This document shows positions 1-10,666 of a DNA stretch of 64,000 nucleotides, one piece after another. Under the pieces are notes generated by a model. That model was not told the DNA's origin and did no database searches. It worked only from the letters and a program-made list of their open reading frames with translations. The translations under genes were made by a program, and so were the position numbers. Within the stretch, counting starts at the first letter, position 1; each line of letters opens with the position of its first letter. Source of the DNA: a virus (taxonomy: Duplodnaviria > Caudoviricetes); IMG/VR virus record IMGVR_UViG_3300042013_000103, one strand, 5' to 3'.

Positions 1-937
1 ACAAAGCCAAGCGTTGCTTGAGGGCATTGAGTTCCGCGGTATCAAACACCCCGTCGGAGTCACTGTCACTTTTCAGGTCAGGCACCGGGAGCAGTTTAAA
101 GGACAATCCGCGGGCGGTGTTCACCATGAACTTCCAGTCGCGGAGTTCTTCCGTGTCGGTTTTGGTGGGACCCCCCGCGTACAGCGCTTTGTTCCCTTGG
201 ACGGGCTGTCCCCGGTACACGTCCGCATCGGTGCGGAACCGGTCATCGTCTTCAATGCGCTCCGCGGCTTTTAACCACGTCTGCGGATTGAACGAACTGA
301 AGTCCACCGCGGCTTCATCAGTGAACTCTTTGTCAAAGCTCAGTTTCGACAACACCCCGGTGAGGGTGTCCACGTACCGGATAAATACTTTGTCAAAAAA
401 GTCGAACGAGTTGTTGGACAACTCCACCAAGGGACGGACTTCGCCCGGGAGGACTTTACCGTCGAGCACGAACTTGGCGTGCGTCGGCAGGGTGTAAGTG
501 GTTTGGTGAGGTTTGGTTGACCCCAGGTTCCCCACGCGTTCCACCAGCATGTGCAGGTGTTCTTGAACCCGCTGTGCCCCCGAGTTGATCAACCCGGAGT
601 AATCGAGGGACTGGGTGAGCAGCAGTTTGATCATCGACATCGCCGCGTCCCATGTGGTCTTGGCCGATTCGGTGATGTCCTCTAAGCCCAACCGGTGTTT
701 GCTGGTGATGTACTGCAACATGGCCAGGTCCGGGGTCAGGGCGTGCTGCATAAAAGCGGAATGTACGGACCACTGGGTTTGCAGTCCATTGGCGGTGACG
801 TCTACCCGTGCGGCAGCCGCTTCTAGTCCAACTTGAAGGCGCGACAACAGTGCGCCAAACGAGTCAGACATATCGGTGGGGTCACCCCCACCGACTGTCG
901 TTGCTGGTAACGGGAGACGTTGGGTAACGTCGTCCAT
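1..937 (-). CDS. Virion head/inner-body protein (phiKZ gp92-like), 3' end runs off the window
   Basis: Not in the ORF track. Manual translation from ATG at 937 (MDDVTQRLPL...HRLGLEDITESAK...) stays open to base 1. It has a G-L-E motif typical of prohead-protease sites and follows the head-gene cluster. Confidence 0.7.
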   Translation of the reverse strand, partial: MDDVTQRLPLPATTVGGGDPTDMSDSFGALLSRLQVGLEAAAARVDVTANGLQTQWSVHSAFMQHALTPDLAMLQYITSKHRLGLEDITESAKTTWDAAMSMIKLLLTQSLDYSGLINSGAQRVQEHLHMLVERVGNLGSTKPHQTTYTLPTHAKFVLDGKVLPGEVRPLVELSNNSFDFFDKVFIRYVDTLTGVLSKLSFDKEFTDEAAVDFSSFNPQTWLKAAERIEDDDRFRTDADVYRGQPVQGNKALYAGGPTKTDTEELRDWKFMVNTARGLSFKLLPVPDLKSDSDSDGVFDTAELNALKQRLAL

Positions 938-938
938 A

Positions 939-1475
939 TTACACTCCGTCTTTGATGCGCATTGACACGGTGCCAAATAGCAGGTGCAACGTGTACATCA
1001 TGTCATCGAACCCTTTCTTGTGCGAACACCATTGCTGGATCATCGCTTCCGGGGACGTGCTGAGTTGCAGCAGTTGGAACAGACCACGGATGTCGTGACG
1101 GTTCTCCACCAGCTGTACGCCCGACTCCGGTTCGTCCGAGATCAAACCCGGCCAGGTATGGATGTCCAAGCGACGACGGCCCGTGGCGATAAAGCGCAAG
1201 GTGTCTTGCAGGAACTCATAGCTGTAACCGGTAACTTGGGCATTGGAGTCTTGACGGATGAACCAGTTGAAGTTCCCGGTGAACAGACGCAGCGCTTCGT
1301 TGATGACCTTCTTGCGAAAGTCCCAGTACACGGTGCGTTGTGGGAACACGGTGTATTCCAGGAACAGGTCGTGAATCTTGTTGTCGCCTGGACGGGAGAC
1401 GTACTGGTTCTGAGGACGTGCTTGGCCGCCCGAGTAAGCACGGCTTCCAAACTCTTTGACTCTGTTAGTAGCCAT
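939..1475 (-). CDS. Conserved phiKZ-like hypothetical/virion protein (gp91-like)
   Basis: 178 aa ORF tightly packed in the minus-strand head operon; assignment by synteny. Confidence 0.6.
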   Translation of the reverse strand: MATNRVKEFGSRAYSGGQARPQNQYVSRPGDNKIHDLFLEYTVFPQRTVYWDFRKKVINEALRLFTGNFNWFIRQDSNAQVTGYSYEFLQDTLRFIATGRRRLDIHTWPGLISDEPESGVQLVENRHDIRGLFQLLQLSTSPEAMIQQWCSHKKGFDDMMYTLHLLFGTVSMRIKDGV

Positions 1476-1486
1476 CGGTGTTCCCC

Positions 1487-2389
1487 TTAAGCCGCTTCCG
1501 CGCCAGCAGCTTTCTCTTCAACCTGCAACAGTTTATATTCGTAATCGGAAGCCCGACGTTCGAATTTCACGATGCGGTCTTGGATCACCAGACTCGACGG
1601 GTTGCCCGCTTGCAGTTCGCGCAGTTCTTGCAAACGCAGCTGCAGGCAGTAGTACTCTTCCTTCGCCGTTTGGTACGACGCAAAGCGCCACTCGGCCAGG
1701 AACTTGCCCATCAGCATCAACGGGTTGGACTGCGGACTGAAGCCTTCCAGTTGCAGTGGGTCAGCTTTGGCCGCACCCAAGCTGGAGAGGGCCAGGTCGA
1801 ACGTTTCGTCGTTGAGTTCAGCCGACGACGTGCCGTGGATGCGCTGTTTCAGTTCCTTGTCGGTCAGCGACATCGCGACGAACAGGTTGACGAACTGCTG
1901 CATGTTGGTGTGAATCCAATCCACTTCACCGGTGGACCACTTCATCGGCGCGGCTTTGCCCAGTTGAGCGGCTTCCGCCCCGACGAGGTAAAGCAGGAAC
2001 TTACGGCCATAACGCACGTAGAAGTTCATCGCGTCGACGTACTTCAGCACGGTGGCGCGGTTGAAGGTCAACGAGGTGTTGGTGAACTGCACCGAGAACA
2101 AGGCACGGGCTTCACGCTCGACCACGTCCAAATTCGTGCGCATGTTTTCCAACGACGCCACCATCACGTCAAAGCTGGAACCTTGGACCTTCACGAAGCG
2201 ACGCAGCACGACGTCGTAGTCGCGCATCAGCTTCGATTTGAAGGTATGCCCGGCAAAGCCTTCTTTCACGTCCAGCAACAACGGCGCCAGCGTTTCATCG
2301 TAGGCCGTCCGAATCCCTTCCAGCTGTGCCATCAGGTCACGGCGTTCCACGATAGGGGCGAGACCCTTTACATATTCAAGCAGTGTCAT
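1487..2389 (-). CDS. Inner-body/head protein (phiKZ gp90-like)
   Basis: 300 aa, helical with a coiled-coil C-terminus; directly downstream of the gp89-like gene. Confidence 0.65.
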   Translation of the reverse strand: MTLLEYVKGLAPIVERRDLMAQLEGIRTAYDETLAPLLLDVKEGFAGHTFKSKLMRDYDVVLRRFVKVQGSSFDVMVASLENMRTNLDVVEREARALFSVQFTNTSLTFNRATVLKYVDAMNFYVRYGRKFLLYLVGAEAAQLGKAAPMKWSTGEVDWIHTNMQQFVNLFVAMSLTDKELKQRIHGTSSAELNDETFDLALSSLGAAKADPLQLEGFSPQSNPLMLMGKFLAEWRFASYQTAKEEYYCLQLRLQELRELQAGNPSSLVIQDRIVKFERRASDYEYKLLQVEEKAAGAEAA

Positions 2390-2404
2390 AGACCACCCCT
2401 AAGG

Positions 2405-3634
2405 TTAAATGTTGGTTTGCATGGCTTTGTTGAAGACTTTGAACAGTTCACCGATGTCCGAACCTTTGTTCTTCTCCATCGCCTTGATTTCGTCGTAGCG
2501 GTGTTCGGTGGACAGGTCGATGCCGCGGTGGTAGATGCGCACGCGCTGGAAGCGTTCGTCGACCACGATCAACAGCAACAGGTAGCTGTTGGCGAAGATG
2601 GCGTCACGGACGGCTTTCTGTTCGATCTTGCCGTACAGCTTGGAACCGGCTTCTTTCAGCGTCTGGGTGGAGATCACCGCGATGTTGGAAGCGTCCGCCA
2701 TGCTCACCCGGCCGGTCGACATCGCCGCAGCGGTGTTGTCACGACGGCGGTCCATCATGGTGGAATAAGCGCCGGACTTGTCGTCCATCAGGGCTTTGAA
2801 GTGGGCGTCGATCATGTCTTGGCCCAGCACGAAGTCGCGCCAGAAACGCAACTGACCGGTCTGCACCATGAAGAAGCGCTGCGCCCAGTTATCCCGACCG
2901 TCGGCACTAAAGATATGTACGAGAACACTCGATGGCACCGGCACGGGGATCAGGCGCAACAGCACCGGGATCTTCGCTTTGTGTTCGCCGTCGCGCAGTT
3001 CGACGTTCAACAGTTTGCCCACGGCCAGGTTTTCTGCTTCGTAGATCTTCTGACCGTCCGAAATGATGGCGTCTTGCAGGCGCTCAGTTTTCTTCGCGTC
3101 TTTGCCTTGGGACTTGTCGGTGGATGCTTTCTCGCTGGAGTCTTCCAATGAGGCCACGGCCACGACGTCTTTGCTGTAACCGGGTTCGAAGGCTTCCACA
3201 GCCGGCAGACCGAGTTCAAACTTTTCAGTGCCCAGCGCCGTACGCAGACCTTTGGTCGCTTCGCGGCGAACCGCGTTGCCCAACGTCGTGCCGCCATTGA
3301 TCGAGCGGTGCGGGTTGAGGGTATCGAAGACGCCCAGAGTATCGATGCTACCCACGCCGCAGATCATGTTGACCGCTTGCAGGTAATAGCCGGCGTAGTT
3401 CGACAGGGCGAGTTTCAGGATGTCTTGCATGAACGGCTGGTCAACCAGCACTTGGTCAATCAGGCACACCGGTTCAACCCGAGCTGGCTTGGCCGCATCC
3501 GCCAAGGAACTCGCTTTAAAACCCGTACGCGACCAGTTGGTGACCGAATCGATCAAACCTACTCCGATGGACGTAGCGACGCTGGTGGCTACATTGGTAG
3601 CGGCCGCAGCGCCAATAGCGGCGAATGGTAGCAT
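2405..3634 (-). CDS. Inner-body/head protein (phiKZ gp89-like)
   Basis: 409 aa; SLADAAKPARVEP-type N-terminal motif, low-complexity linker with an S-L-E candidate cleavage site, AG-rich RBS. Confidence 0.7.
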   Translation of the reverse strand: MLPFAAIGAAAATNVATSVATSIGVGLIDSVTNWSRTGFKASSLADAAKPARVEPVCLIDQVLVDQPFMQDILKLALSNYAGYYLQAVNMICGVGSIDTLGVFDTLNPHRSINGGTTLGNAVRREATKGLRTALGTEKFELGLPAVEAFEPGYSKDVVAVASLEDSSEKASTDKSQGKDAKKTERLQDAIISDGQKIYEAENLAVGKLLNVELRDGEHKAKIPVLLRLIPVPVPSSVLVHIFSADGRDNWAQRFFMVQTGQLRFWRDFVLGQDMIDAHFKALMDDKSGAYSTMMDRRRDNTAAAMSTGRVSMADASNIAVISTQTLKEAGSKLYGKIEQKAVRDAIFANSYLLLLIVVDERFQRVRIYHRGIDLSTEHRYDEIKAMEKNKGSDIGELFKVFNKAMQTNI

Positions 3635-3673
3635 TTTCTTTTCCTTTCTTGATTTAAACAGCGAGTTATAAAA

Positions 3674-4711
3674 ATGGCATATGATGATTTCGCAAGTCAG
3701 ATCCTACAAAACACCGGACACGCTCCGAGGAATAAAGCCGTCCAGGATTCCTTCCAAGGCTTAAACATCATCGGTCGTAACCCTGGGTTGCCCGTCAACA
3801 CGTCGAACCATGGTTATACGTTTTTTACACGACCGTATTTGAATCTGTCGGATGAGAACTGCATGGTCGATCGCAGGCTCTCTCAATTATTGGTTCAGGA
3901 CTCCAATTCCATCCAACGGATGATCCGTGCGTACCTGGATCCCAGGGCGCAGAAAGAAGGACTGGAGTGTCGTGGGGTAGACCCACTCAACCCTTTCATA
4001 ACATTACTGTCGAACAACATGATGTCCTTGACCGGGTGGGAGGACTTTACGCTCAACATGGCCTCGTCCACACCGGGGGTTTACCGGGACGTGATGTCAT
4101 ATGTTGATGACGTGCCTTACCAGTACGGGACCTGGGACGCTTCGGCGCAATTCCGGAATTTGGAAGGGGACCCGATTACCCAGCTGTTCTTTCTATGGGA
4201 AGTTTACATGGGCTTGGCCAAGGAAGGGCGCATCATGCCCTACCCCGACGCGGTCCTGTTGAACGAGATGGATTACAACACGCGGTTCTACCGGCTGGAG
4301 ATGGATTACACCCGGACCTACGTCACCCGCATTTATGCCCCAGGGGCAGCCGTGCCCACCACCGCCCCCACCGGTCGCAACGCCGACTACACCGGCGACG
4401 GTTCGGAAACCGGCATGCAAGCCGTGGCGGAAAACATCGGCATTAACTTCCGCTGCATGGGCGTGACCACTTACGACTTTATCCTGCTGTACGAGTTCAA
4501 CGCCGTGATGGAGATGTTTAATCCCCTCATGAAAGACGAGAACCGTTCACAGGTCATGGTCCAATTAAAACCCTGGGAAAAAGAATTCTTCAACTACCGG
4601 GCCTACCCACGCATCAACGTGATCACCATGGAACTTGAGTGGTGGTGCCAACGGGCGTACTACGATCAAGTCGTCCAAGGGATGTTGCGCAAAGGCCCCG
4701 CTGGCCAATAA
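3674..4711 (+). CDS. Virion structural protein, probable baseplate/tube-related (phiKZ gp88-like)
   Basis: 345 aa ORF divergent from the head operon and upstream of the large baseplate gene; synteny. Confidence 0.6.
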   Translation: MAYDDFASQILQNTGHAPRNKAVQDSFQGLNIIGRNPGLPVNTSNHGYTFFTRPYLNLSDENCMVDRRLSQLLVQDSNSIQRMIRAYLDPRAQKEGLECRGVDPLNPFITLLSNNMMSLTGWEDFTLNMASSTPGVYRDVMSYVDDVPYQYGTWDASAQFRNLEGDPITQLFFLWEVYMGLAKEGRIMPYPDAVLLNEMDYNTRFYRLEMDYTRTYVTRIYAPGAAVPTTAPTGRNADYTGDGSETGMQAVAENIGINFRCMGVTTYDFILLYEFNAVMEMFNPLMKDENRSQVMVQLKPWEKEFFNYRAYPRINVITMELEWWCQRAYYDQVVQGMLRKGPAGQ

Positions 4712-4722
4712 GGTATTTAGAC

Positions 4723-7629
4723 ATGAGTGATTTTAAAGACAGGATGTACGCGGTCCGTCGGAACCCGGCGTTGATGAGCACGGTGGCGTACACCGAACTC
4801 GACAGCCAACTGGGCACCAAAGGGTCCTACGACGTTCCGGACGGTACCATTCCGTTTGTGTGGGCCATGGAACTGGGGGCCATCGAAACGGCCATGTGCA
4901 TCAACGAGATGGAAGCCTACGGCCGCAAGCTGTACACGCGGTTGGCGATCGATTCCGAAGAAGCCTACCTGCACATGTCGGACATCGACTTCATCGGGCG
5001 TTTTGCTTCCCCGGCCCAAACCGAGTTCTTGCTGTACCTCGATTACGAAGAGGTGCTGTCCAAGGCGGTGGCGTGGGGCACCGAAGGCATTCGCAAGCTG
5101 GTGATCCCACGGTTGACCCAGTTCGAAGCGGCCGGCCTCAAGTTCACCATGCAATACCCGCTGGAACTGCGTGTGATGCGCCACGGGGGCATTCAAGTCG
5201 AATACGACCTGACCGTACCGTCCCCGATCGAAACCTTGGCCACCAACCTCGTGACCTGGGAGATGAAATTGATCAACCGCGCCAGGGTGATGGAACTGCG
5301 CATCCCGGTGAAGCAATTCGCCATTGAATCCCACACCGACCCGGTCAACCCCTCATCGTTGTTTCAAAACGATTTTGCTTTCAGTGACCAGTTCTACTTT
5401 GCCCGCTGCTATTTGAGCGATGACGAAACGGGTGAATGGCGTGAAATCCAAACCACCCACTCGGACCAGGTTTACGACCCGCTGGAAGTGACGGCCGTTC
5501 TGCAGGTGGTGGGGAACCGGTTGTCGGTGGTGATCCCACCGGTCTACACGTTCAAGGGCATGGCCACCGGTCAATTTCGGATCGACATCTATACCACCCT
5601 GGGTTACATCGAACGGGACTTGGCGTCTTACCGCGTCAACCAGTTCAAGGCGACGTTCAACGACATCGACGATGACTCCACCTACGTGGACCCGATCAAA
5701 ACCTTCACCATCAACAACGTGTTGAACGTGGACCGGGTGGTGGGGGGTTCGAACTCGATGGGCTTTGAAGCCTTGCGGAACCAGATCATCGAGAACACCC
5801 TGGGCCCGAACAACGTGCCGATCACCAACGTGCAGCTCTCGGCCGAACTCACCCGTCGGGGTTACGCACTGGTGTCCAACATTGACCAGATCACCAACCG
5901 CCAGTTCTTGGCGTCACGTCGTTTGGGCGAACCCGTGGCGTTGGACATCATTTCGGGCGCGGGTACCGTGATGTCGATGTTGCAGGTGTCCATGGTGGAA
6001 CTGGCCCAATCGGCTCACGTGAAGGACAACGGACCCCGGATCACCCTCTTGCCGTCGATGCTGTACAACTTCCAGAACGGGAAGGTCACGGTGGTGCCCG
6101 ATGCTCAGATCTTGAGCTTGGTCAACGCCTCGGCGGAAAACAAAGTGCGGTTGATCAACGATGCCCGGTATGTGTACTCCCCGTTCCACTACGTGCTGGA
6201 CGCGTCCTCGAACAACTTTGATTGCCGGCCGTATTACCTCGACAACCCGATGATCACCCAGAAGTACTTCGTGGGGGAAAACGACACCGCGCAGATGCAA
6301 GCCTCGATTGACCTGTTCGAGATCCACAAGGTCGCCGAAGGTTACCAGGTCCAGATCACGCTGGTGTCGGATGCCCAGTTCAAAACGCTGGGGAACGACC
6401 AAGTCGCCGTGCAGATCGGTTACCAACCAGACGGGGAAACGGCGTACGTGTCGGTGAACGGGCGCTTCACCGGGCTCACCACCGCCAACGAACGGGTGTT
6501 CACGTTTGACATCAACACTGATTACGACATCAACGCGTTGGGGCAGTTATTCACCACCAACATGTCGATGTACTCGGAGGCGCAAAACAACTACGGGTTC
6601 AAACTGCAGACCGACCTGGACGTGACGATTCTGGTCACCAACACCCTGACCCCAGGTTACCAGCCGAACGACCTGGACGCCATGGTGCAGTCGCACCTGT
6701 TGCCGAACGTGTTCATGGTCGTGAACCGGGAACGCTTGGCCACCACGTTTGGTTACGACATGTCCCGGATCTGGCGCCGGAACCGCACCATCGCGTCGGC
6801 GGAGTCGTACCAGAAATGGGCCGAGAACGTGCAAGCGTACTGGGCCACGGACAAGTACCTGGAAGATGAAAACGGCAACGTGATCATCACGCTGGTCAAT
6901 GACGTCATCACCTACACCAAGGTCCACAGTGCCGGAGACCCGGTGGTGGACAGCAATGGCGACCCGGTGTGGCAGTACCTGAAAGGGGACACCAAACTGG
7001 ACGCTAACGGAGAACCGATCCTGTTGGAACCCCGGAAGATTCACCGGGAACTCACGCTGTTCATGGTCGACGGGTTGTTCTACTTCGTCACGGAAGACGC
7101 GGCAGTGGCGTACCAGAAAGAAATCCCGATGGAGTTGGTCAGTTGGGTGCAGTCGGACATTGACGTGGTCTCACGCAAGCTGTTGTCGGACAGCAAGATG
7201 TTCTTGTACCCGACCAACACCTTCGGGGAAACCTTGGCCACAGTGAAGGATGGGTTGGACACCACCATCACGATCGACCAAGCCATGGCCATCAACTTCT
7301 ACCTCTCGCACTCGGCGTACTCCAACGCCACCATTCGTCCGGCCTTGACCCGTACTGGGAAACAGACCATCAACGACATGTTTGGGGCGAAGAAGATCTC
7401 TGTGTCTGACATCATCACATCCCTCAAGGCGACCTCGGGGGAAGATGTGTTGGCCATTGAGGTCAGTGGGTTGGGGGGTAAGGATAACTTCCCTGTGTTG
7501 ACGGTAAACGACGACGCGGTGCGGTTGGCGTTGCGGAAGAAGCTGGTGGTTCTGGCTAACCAAGAACTTACCGTGGAAGACGACATCACGTTCAACTACC
7601 TGCGACACACGTTGCCAACTCCGGTGTAA
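4723..7629 (+). CDS. Large baseplate wedge-type structural protein (phiKZ gp87-like)
   Basis: ATG at 4723 with an AAGGT RBS (track start 4639 overlaps the upstream gene); about 968 aa, beta-rich; synteny. Confidence 0.65.
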   Translation: MSDFKDRMYAVRRNPALMSTVAYTELDSQLGTKGSYDVPDGTIPFVWAMELGAIETAMCINEMEAYGRKLYTRLAIDSEEAYLHMSDIDFIGRFASPAQTEFLLYLDYEEVLSKAVAWGTEGIRKLVIPRLTQFEAAGLKFTMQYPLELRVMRHGGIQVEYDLTVPSPIETLATNLVTWEMKLINRARVMELRIPVKQFAIESHTDPVNPSSLFQNDFAFSDQFYFARCYLSDDETGEWREIQTTHSDQVYDPLEVTAVLQVVGNRLSVVIPPVYTFKGMATGQFRIDIYTTLGYIERDLASYRVNQFKATFNDIDDDSTYVDPIKTFTINNVLNVDRVVGGSNSMGFEALRNQIIENTLGPNNVPITNVQLSAELTRRGYALVSNIDQITNRQFLASRRLGEPVALDIISGAGTVMSMLQVSMVELAQSAHVKDNGPRITLLPSMLYNFQNGKVTVVPDAQILSLVNASAENKVRLINDARYVYSPFHYVLDASSNNFDCRPYYLDNPMITQKYFVGENDTAQMQASIDLFEIHKVAEGYQVQITLVSDAQFKTLGNDQVAVQIGYQPDGETAYVSVNGRFTGLTTANERVFTFDINTDYDINALGQLFTTNMSMYSEAQNNYGFKLQTDLDVTILVTNTLTPGYQPNDLDAMVQSHLLPNVFMVVNRERLATTFGYDMSRIWRRNRTIASAESYQKWAENVQAYWATDKYLEDENGNVIITLVNDVITYTKVHSAGDPVVDSNGDPVWQYLKGDTKLDANGEPILLEPRKIHRELTLFMVDGLFYFVTEDAAVAYQKEIPMELVSWVQSDIDVVSRKLLSDSKMFLYPTNTFGETLATVKDGLDTTITIDQAMAINFYLSHSAYSNATIRPALTRTGKQTINDMFGAKKISVSDIITSLKATSGEDVLAIEVSGLGGKDNFPVLTVNDDAVRLALRKKLVVLANQELTVEDDITFNYLRHTLPTPV

Positions 7630-7630
7630 C

Positions 7631-7670
7631 GGCATAAGCCCCCTCCCGCACAGGAGGGGGCAATATGTCG
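7631..7670. terminator. Bidirectional hairpin between convergent genes, flanked by GGCATA and TATGTCG
   Basis: GCCCCCTCC-N6-GGAGGGGGC stem between stops at 7629 and 7673. Confidence 0.8.
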
Positions 7671-7672
7671 CC

Positions 7673-8857
7673 TTAGCGGGCAGCCTTGGTAATCGCTTCC
7701 AACGTCTTGACGACCGCGGCGCGATCATCCGGAGACATGGCAGAGGAGATCACCAGCTTGTGGATCACGTTGGACATCTGGGCGTAGAAGTTGTAGTAGC
7801 ACACCACGTAACGCAGCTGTGCCCGTTCCATCTCCACGTAGCCTTGAATGATTTCGTCGGCCACGCCCAAGATGGCGGTCACCCGGGTGATCAGTTGCTT
7901 GACGTTGCTGACGTCTTGTTCGGATTCAAACGGCAAACGCTTCAGCTCTTCCAAGAACTTCACAGCCTGTTCGTAAACCAGCACGATACCTTCCACGTTC
8001 ACACGGGCTTTGGTGTCGAACTGCGGGGTGAACATCCAGAACTGGTTGTCGACCTTTTGCGTGAAGTAGCCGGGCTCCGGGTCCACGGTCAAGAACTCAC
8101 GCACTTGGACCACGGCTTGGCCCAACCCTTCTTCGATGTGCGCGAAGGTGTCGGGGTTGATCTGACCGTGCTTGGCTTCACCCAGAACGATCTTGAAGCG
8201 GGCTTCGAAGCGTTGCATGATCGTTTCCATCGACCGTCCGGTGTTGGTGATACGGGCGTTGCAGTCTAGGCACCCGAAGGCCGCTTTCTGGAACACGTTC
8301 TGCGGGAGCTTGTCCGACAGCATGACCAGGTTCGCCACTTCCAAGGATTCGGCCAACGTCTGCGGTTGGTAGATCAAGGGCAGCAGTTTAAACAGCTTGA
8401 CCATCTCCAGCACTTTGCCGCGGACGGTTTCGGTTTTCTCTTGGACGGCTTTGCGGCCGGACACCAGTTCTTTCAACCAACGCACCCCGTCCTTGTATAG
8501 CTTAATGCCCAGGTCGATGAGTTTGCGGATGATCTCTTTCACTTTGCCGACGAAAGATTCTTGGGCGATCTGGTGGTTGAGGAAACTGCGTTGCGGGGTG
8601 AACAACCCATGGTAGGCTTCCAAGCCCGTGGTGGTGGCCAGGTCCGGGAGCACGTCTTTCAACGACCCCACGATCTGCGCGACCGCTTCCACGTCAGCTT
8701 TGGAGATGCCTTCCTGACGGACGGTGTCCACCATGTCTTCCAACAACTCCACCGCGTCGATCACTTGGGTGGCCAGTTCCACGTTGGGTTGCAAGGCCGG
8801 GCCAGCCGCGACGTCGTTTTCGTTTACAGGAACACCGGTTCCGAGTACGTGGTCCAT
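7673..8857 (-). CDS. Virion head protein (phiKZ gp86-like)
   Basis: Start reassigned to ATG 8857 (AAGGGG RBS); acidic propeptide-like N-terminus with G-L-E and A-Q-E candidate cleavage motifs. Confidence 0.6.
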   Translation of the reverse strand: MDHVLGTGVPVNENDVAAGPALQPNVELATQVIDAVELLEDMVDTVRQEGISKADVEAVAQIVGSLKDVLPDLATTTGLEAYHGLFTPQRSFLNHQIAQESFVGKVKEIIRKLIDLGIKLYKDGVRWLKELVSGRKAVQEKTETVRGKVLEMVKLFKLLPLIYQPQTLAESLEVANLVMLSDKLPQNVFQKAAFGCLDCNARITNTGRSMETIMQRFEARFKIVLGEAKHGQINPDTFAHIEEGLGQAVVQVREFLTVDPEPGYFTQKVDNQFWMFTPQFDTKARVNVEGIVLVYEQAVKFLEELKRLPFESEQDVSNVKQLITRVTAILGVADEIIQGYVEMERAQLRYVVCYYNFYAQMSNVIHKLVISSAMSPDDRAAVVKTLEAITKAAR

Positions 8858-8867
8858 GGTGATCCCC

Positions 8868-9305
8868 TTAAGCGGCGCCGCTTTCAACCAGCAGTTTGCC
8901 GATGGCGGTTTGCGTTTGCATGAAGTCCGCACGGCTGGTGATGAAGTTCACCGCACCTTGTTCCTTGCGGGTCAGGTTTTCTTCGGTGACTTCACTGCAC
9001 AGGGCCGCGCAGATCAGTTCGGCACTGCAGCCGCCGTTCAGCAGTTCGTAACGGATGCGCAGCAGTTGACGCAGCAGTTCTTGGGCCTTGCGCGTGTCGA
9101 CCGAGGTGTGCTCGTTGACTTCGTTCAGCAGGTCCTTGAACGGTTTGACCTGGGTTTCGGCGAACTGGTCAGAGTTCATCGCCGGGTCGAGTTTGACGTG
9201 GAACGCAAAGGCGTTGGCCAAGTACATGGCCCGAGCCAAACGATCATCACCGTTGGGGGATTTGATTTCTTTCAAGACACGGGAAATAGGGAAACCGACA
9301 TTCAT
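8868..9305 (-). CDS. Hypothetical/virion protein (phiKZ gp85-like)
   Basis: Start reassigned to ATG 9305 (GGAG RBS), which removes the overlap with the upstream gene. Confidence 0.55.
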   Translation of the reverse strand: MNVGFPISRVLKEIKSPNGDDRLARAMYLANAFAFHVKLDPAMNSDQFAETQVKPFKDLLNEVNEHTSVDTRKAQELLRQLLRIRYELLNGGCSAELICAALCSEVTEENLTRKEQGAVNFITSRADFMQTQTAIGKLLVESGAA

Positions 9306-9318
9306 GTTTAATGCTCCA

Positions 9319-10563
9319 TCAACGGGCAAGTTGTTTGAGTTGGTATGCTTGAACAAACATATCATTGTTTAGGAGGCCTTCGAGGGTCCGCTCTGTGGCT
9401 TCGTTCTGTTTGCCCTGACGGTAGTTAGGACGGAAGAAGTACAGCAGGCCATCGATCACGCCAGCGTGTTTGTTGTAAGTGTCCTCAATCACCGTCAACT
9501 GCTGGATGTCTTCCAGAATCGCGGGTTTGAGGGACGGGTCTTTCACGTTGCGGAGTTGGTTTACCAAATCCAACCGAATGCGGCGTGCGCGGTCTTTGGC
9601 GTGGTCGTATTTTTGCCCCAAGTCGGGGGCGAACAGGATCAGTCCCAGGACAAAAGGCGCCACCAGCAGATACCCCAACCCACGGACCACTTCCATTTTC
9701 CAGAAGTTCCCCACGGACTCGAAGTACCCGGGCACTTCCGCTTGGTCCACCCGGCTCAAGGCCAGCACCAGGTCTTTGCCAAAACCCAACCGACTGGGGA
9801 TCACGTCGGCCAATTGCTCGTCCCGGCGCAAATCGTTCTGGGTGGTGCCAAACAAATGTGGACGGGCCAACGTGCGCCACGACGACAGCACGGCCCGTCG
9901 GGTGTTCTCCACGGTGCGGTTGTGGATGAACTCGTTGCGCAAGGTCGGGTCTTGGATTTGTTTGGCAATCTGCGTGTGGTCGAGGATCTCGAGTTTGTAC
10001 ACGTTCGGCCGCTGACCCATCAACACTTCCGTGCCTTCGGTGAGCATGTAGTTCAACAGCACGTAATCGCCCATGGTGGCAAAGAAGTCAAACGCATGGG
10101 CGTACTCGTGCAGCAGCATCGCCGTGACTTCGCGGTCGGTGGTGTCCTCGAACGGACCCGCGAGGTAGGCGTAGGAGACGTGCAGCACGAACGGAAACTC
10201 GCGGGCAAACTTGCCCCCCACCACCATGCGATCCAGGTCCACCGTGAGCTCTTCGTACAGGCCCATCGACGACGTGACGTTGGTCTGTCCCAGCGCACCG
10301 GCTTGACGGGAACCGGAGTGCCCACTGATTGGGGCCAGTTGAATGGCCATGATGTTCTGCCGGGTTGTGTGCCACACCACCTCGATGGTGATCCCCCGGG
10401 AATTGAACAGGTCCACCAGTGTTTTGTTGGCCTTGGCGTCCAAGGTCTGGGTGGTGCGGTAGTGCGTCCGCAGGGCGGTCACGGCAGCCAGTACGTCAGC
10501 CCCAAACTGACGGTCCACGTTGACGTTCACGGCTTCCTTAGAAAGGGTAAAAGGGGCTTTCAT
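9319..10563 (-). CDS. Virion protein with HExxH zinc-metalloprotease-like motif (phiKZ gp84-like)
   Basis: 414 aa; LLHEYAHAFD motif, downstream E..AD motif and a hydrophobic segment (GLGYLLVAPFVLGLILF). Confidence 0.6.
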   Translation of the reverse strand: MKAPFTLSKEAVNVNVDRQFGADVLAAVTALRTHYRTTQTLDAKANKTLVDLFNSRGITIEVVWHTTRQNIMAIQLAPISGHSGSRQAGALGQTNVTSSMGLYEELTVDLDRMVVGGKFAREFPFVLHVSYAYLAGPFEDTTDREVTAMLLHEYAHAFDFFATMGDYVLLNYMLTEGTEVLMGQRPNVYKLEILDHTQIAKQIQDPTLRNEFIHNRTVENTRRAVLSSWRTLARPHLFGTTQNDLRRDEQLADVIPSRLGFGKDLVLALSRVDQAEVPGYFESVGNFWKMEVVRGLGYLLVAPFVLGLILFAPDLGQKYDHAKDRARRIRLDLVNQLRNVKDPSLKPAILEDIQQLTVIEDTYNKHAGVIDGLLYFFRPNYRQGKQNEATERTLEGLLNNDMFVQAYQLKQLAR

Positions 10564-10666
10564 TGTAACCGTCCTTTAGTGGGTTAATGGAATCATAAGA
10601 ATAGGGTGGCGCAGTTCTACTAGGGGGTCTAATGGTACATGATGGATTTGATTATTTGGGGCTAAC

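Noticed and set aside
1478-3151. 557 aa antisense ORF, and similar ones at 14522, 19744, 27663, 31045, 33180 and 51781
   Set aside because: Same antisense-shadow artefact opposite well-supported genes.
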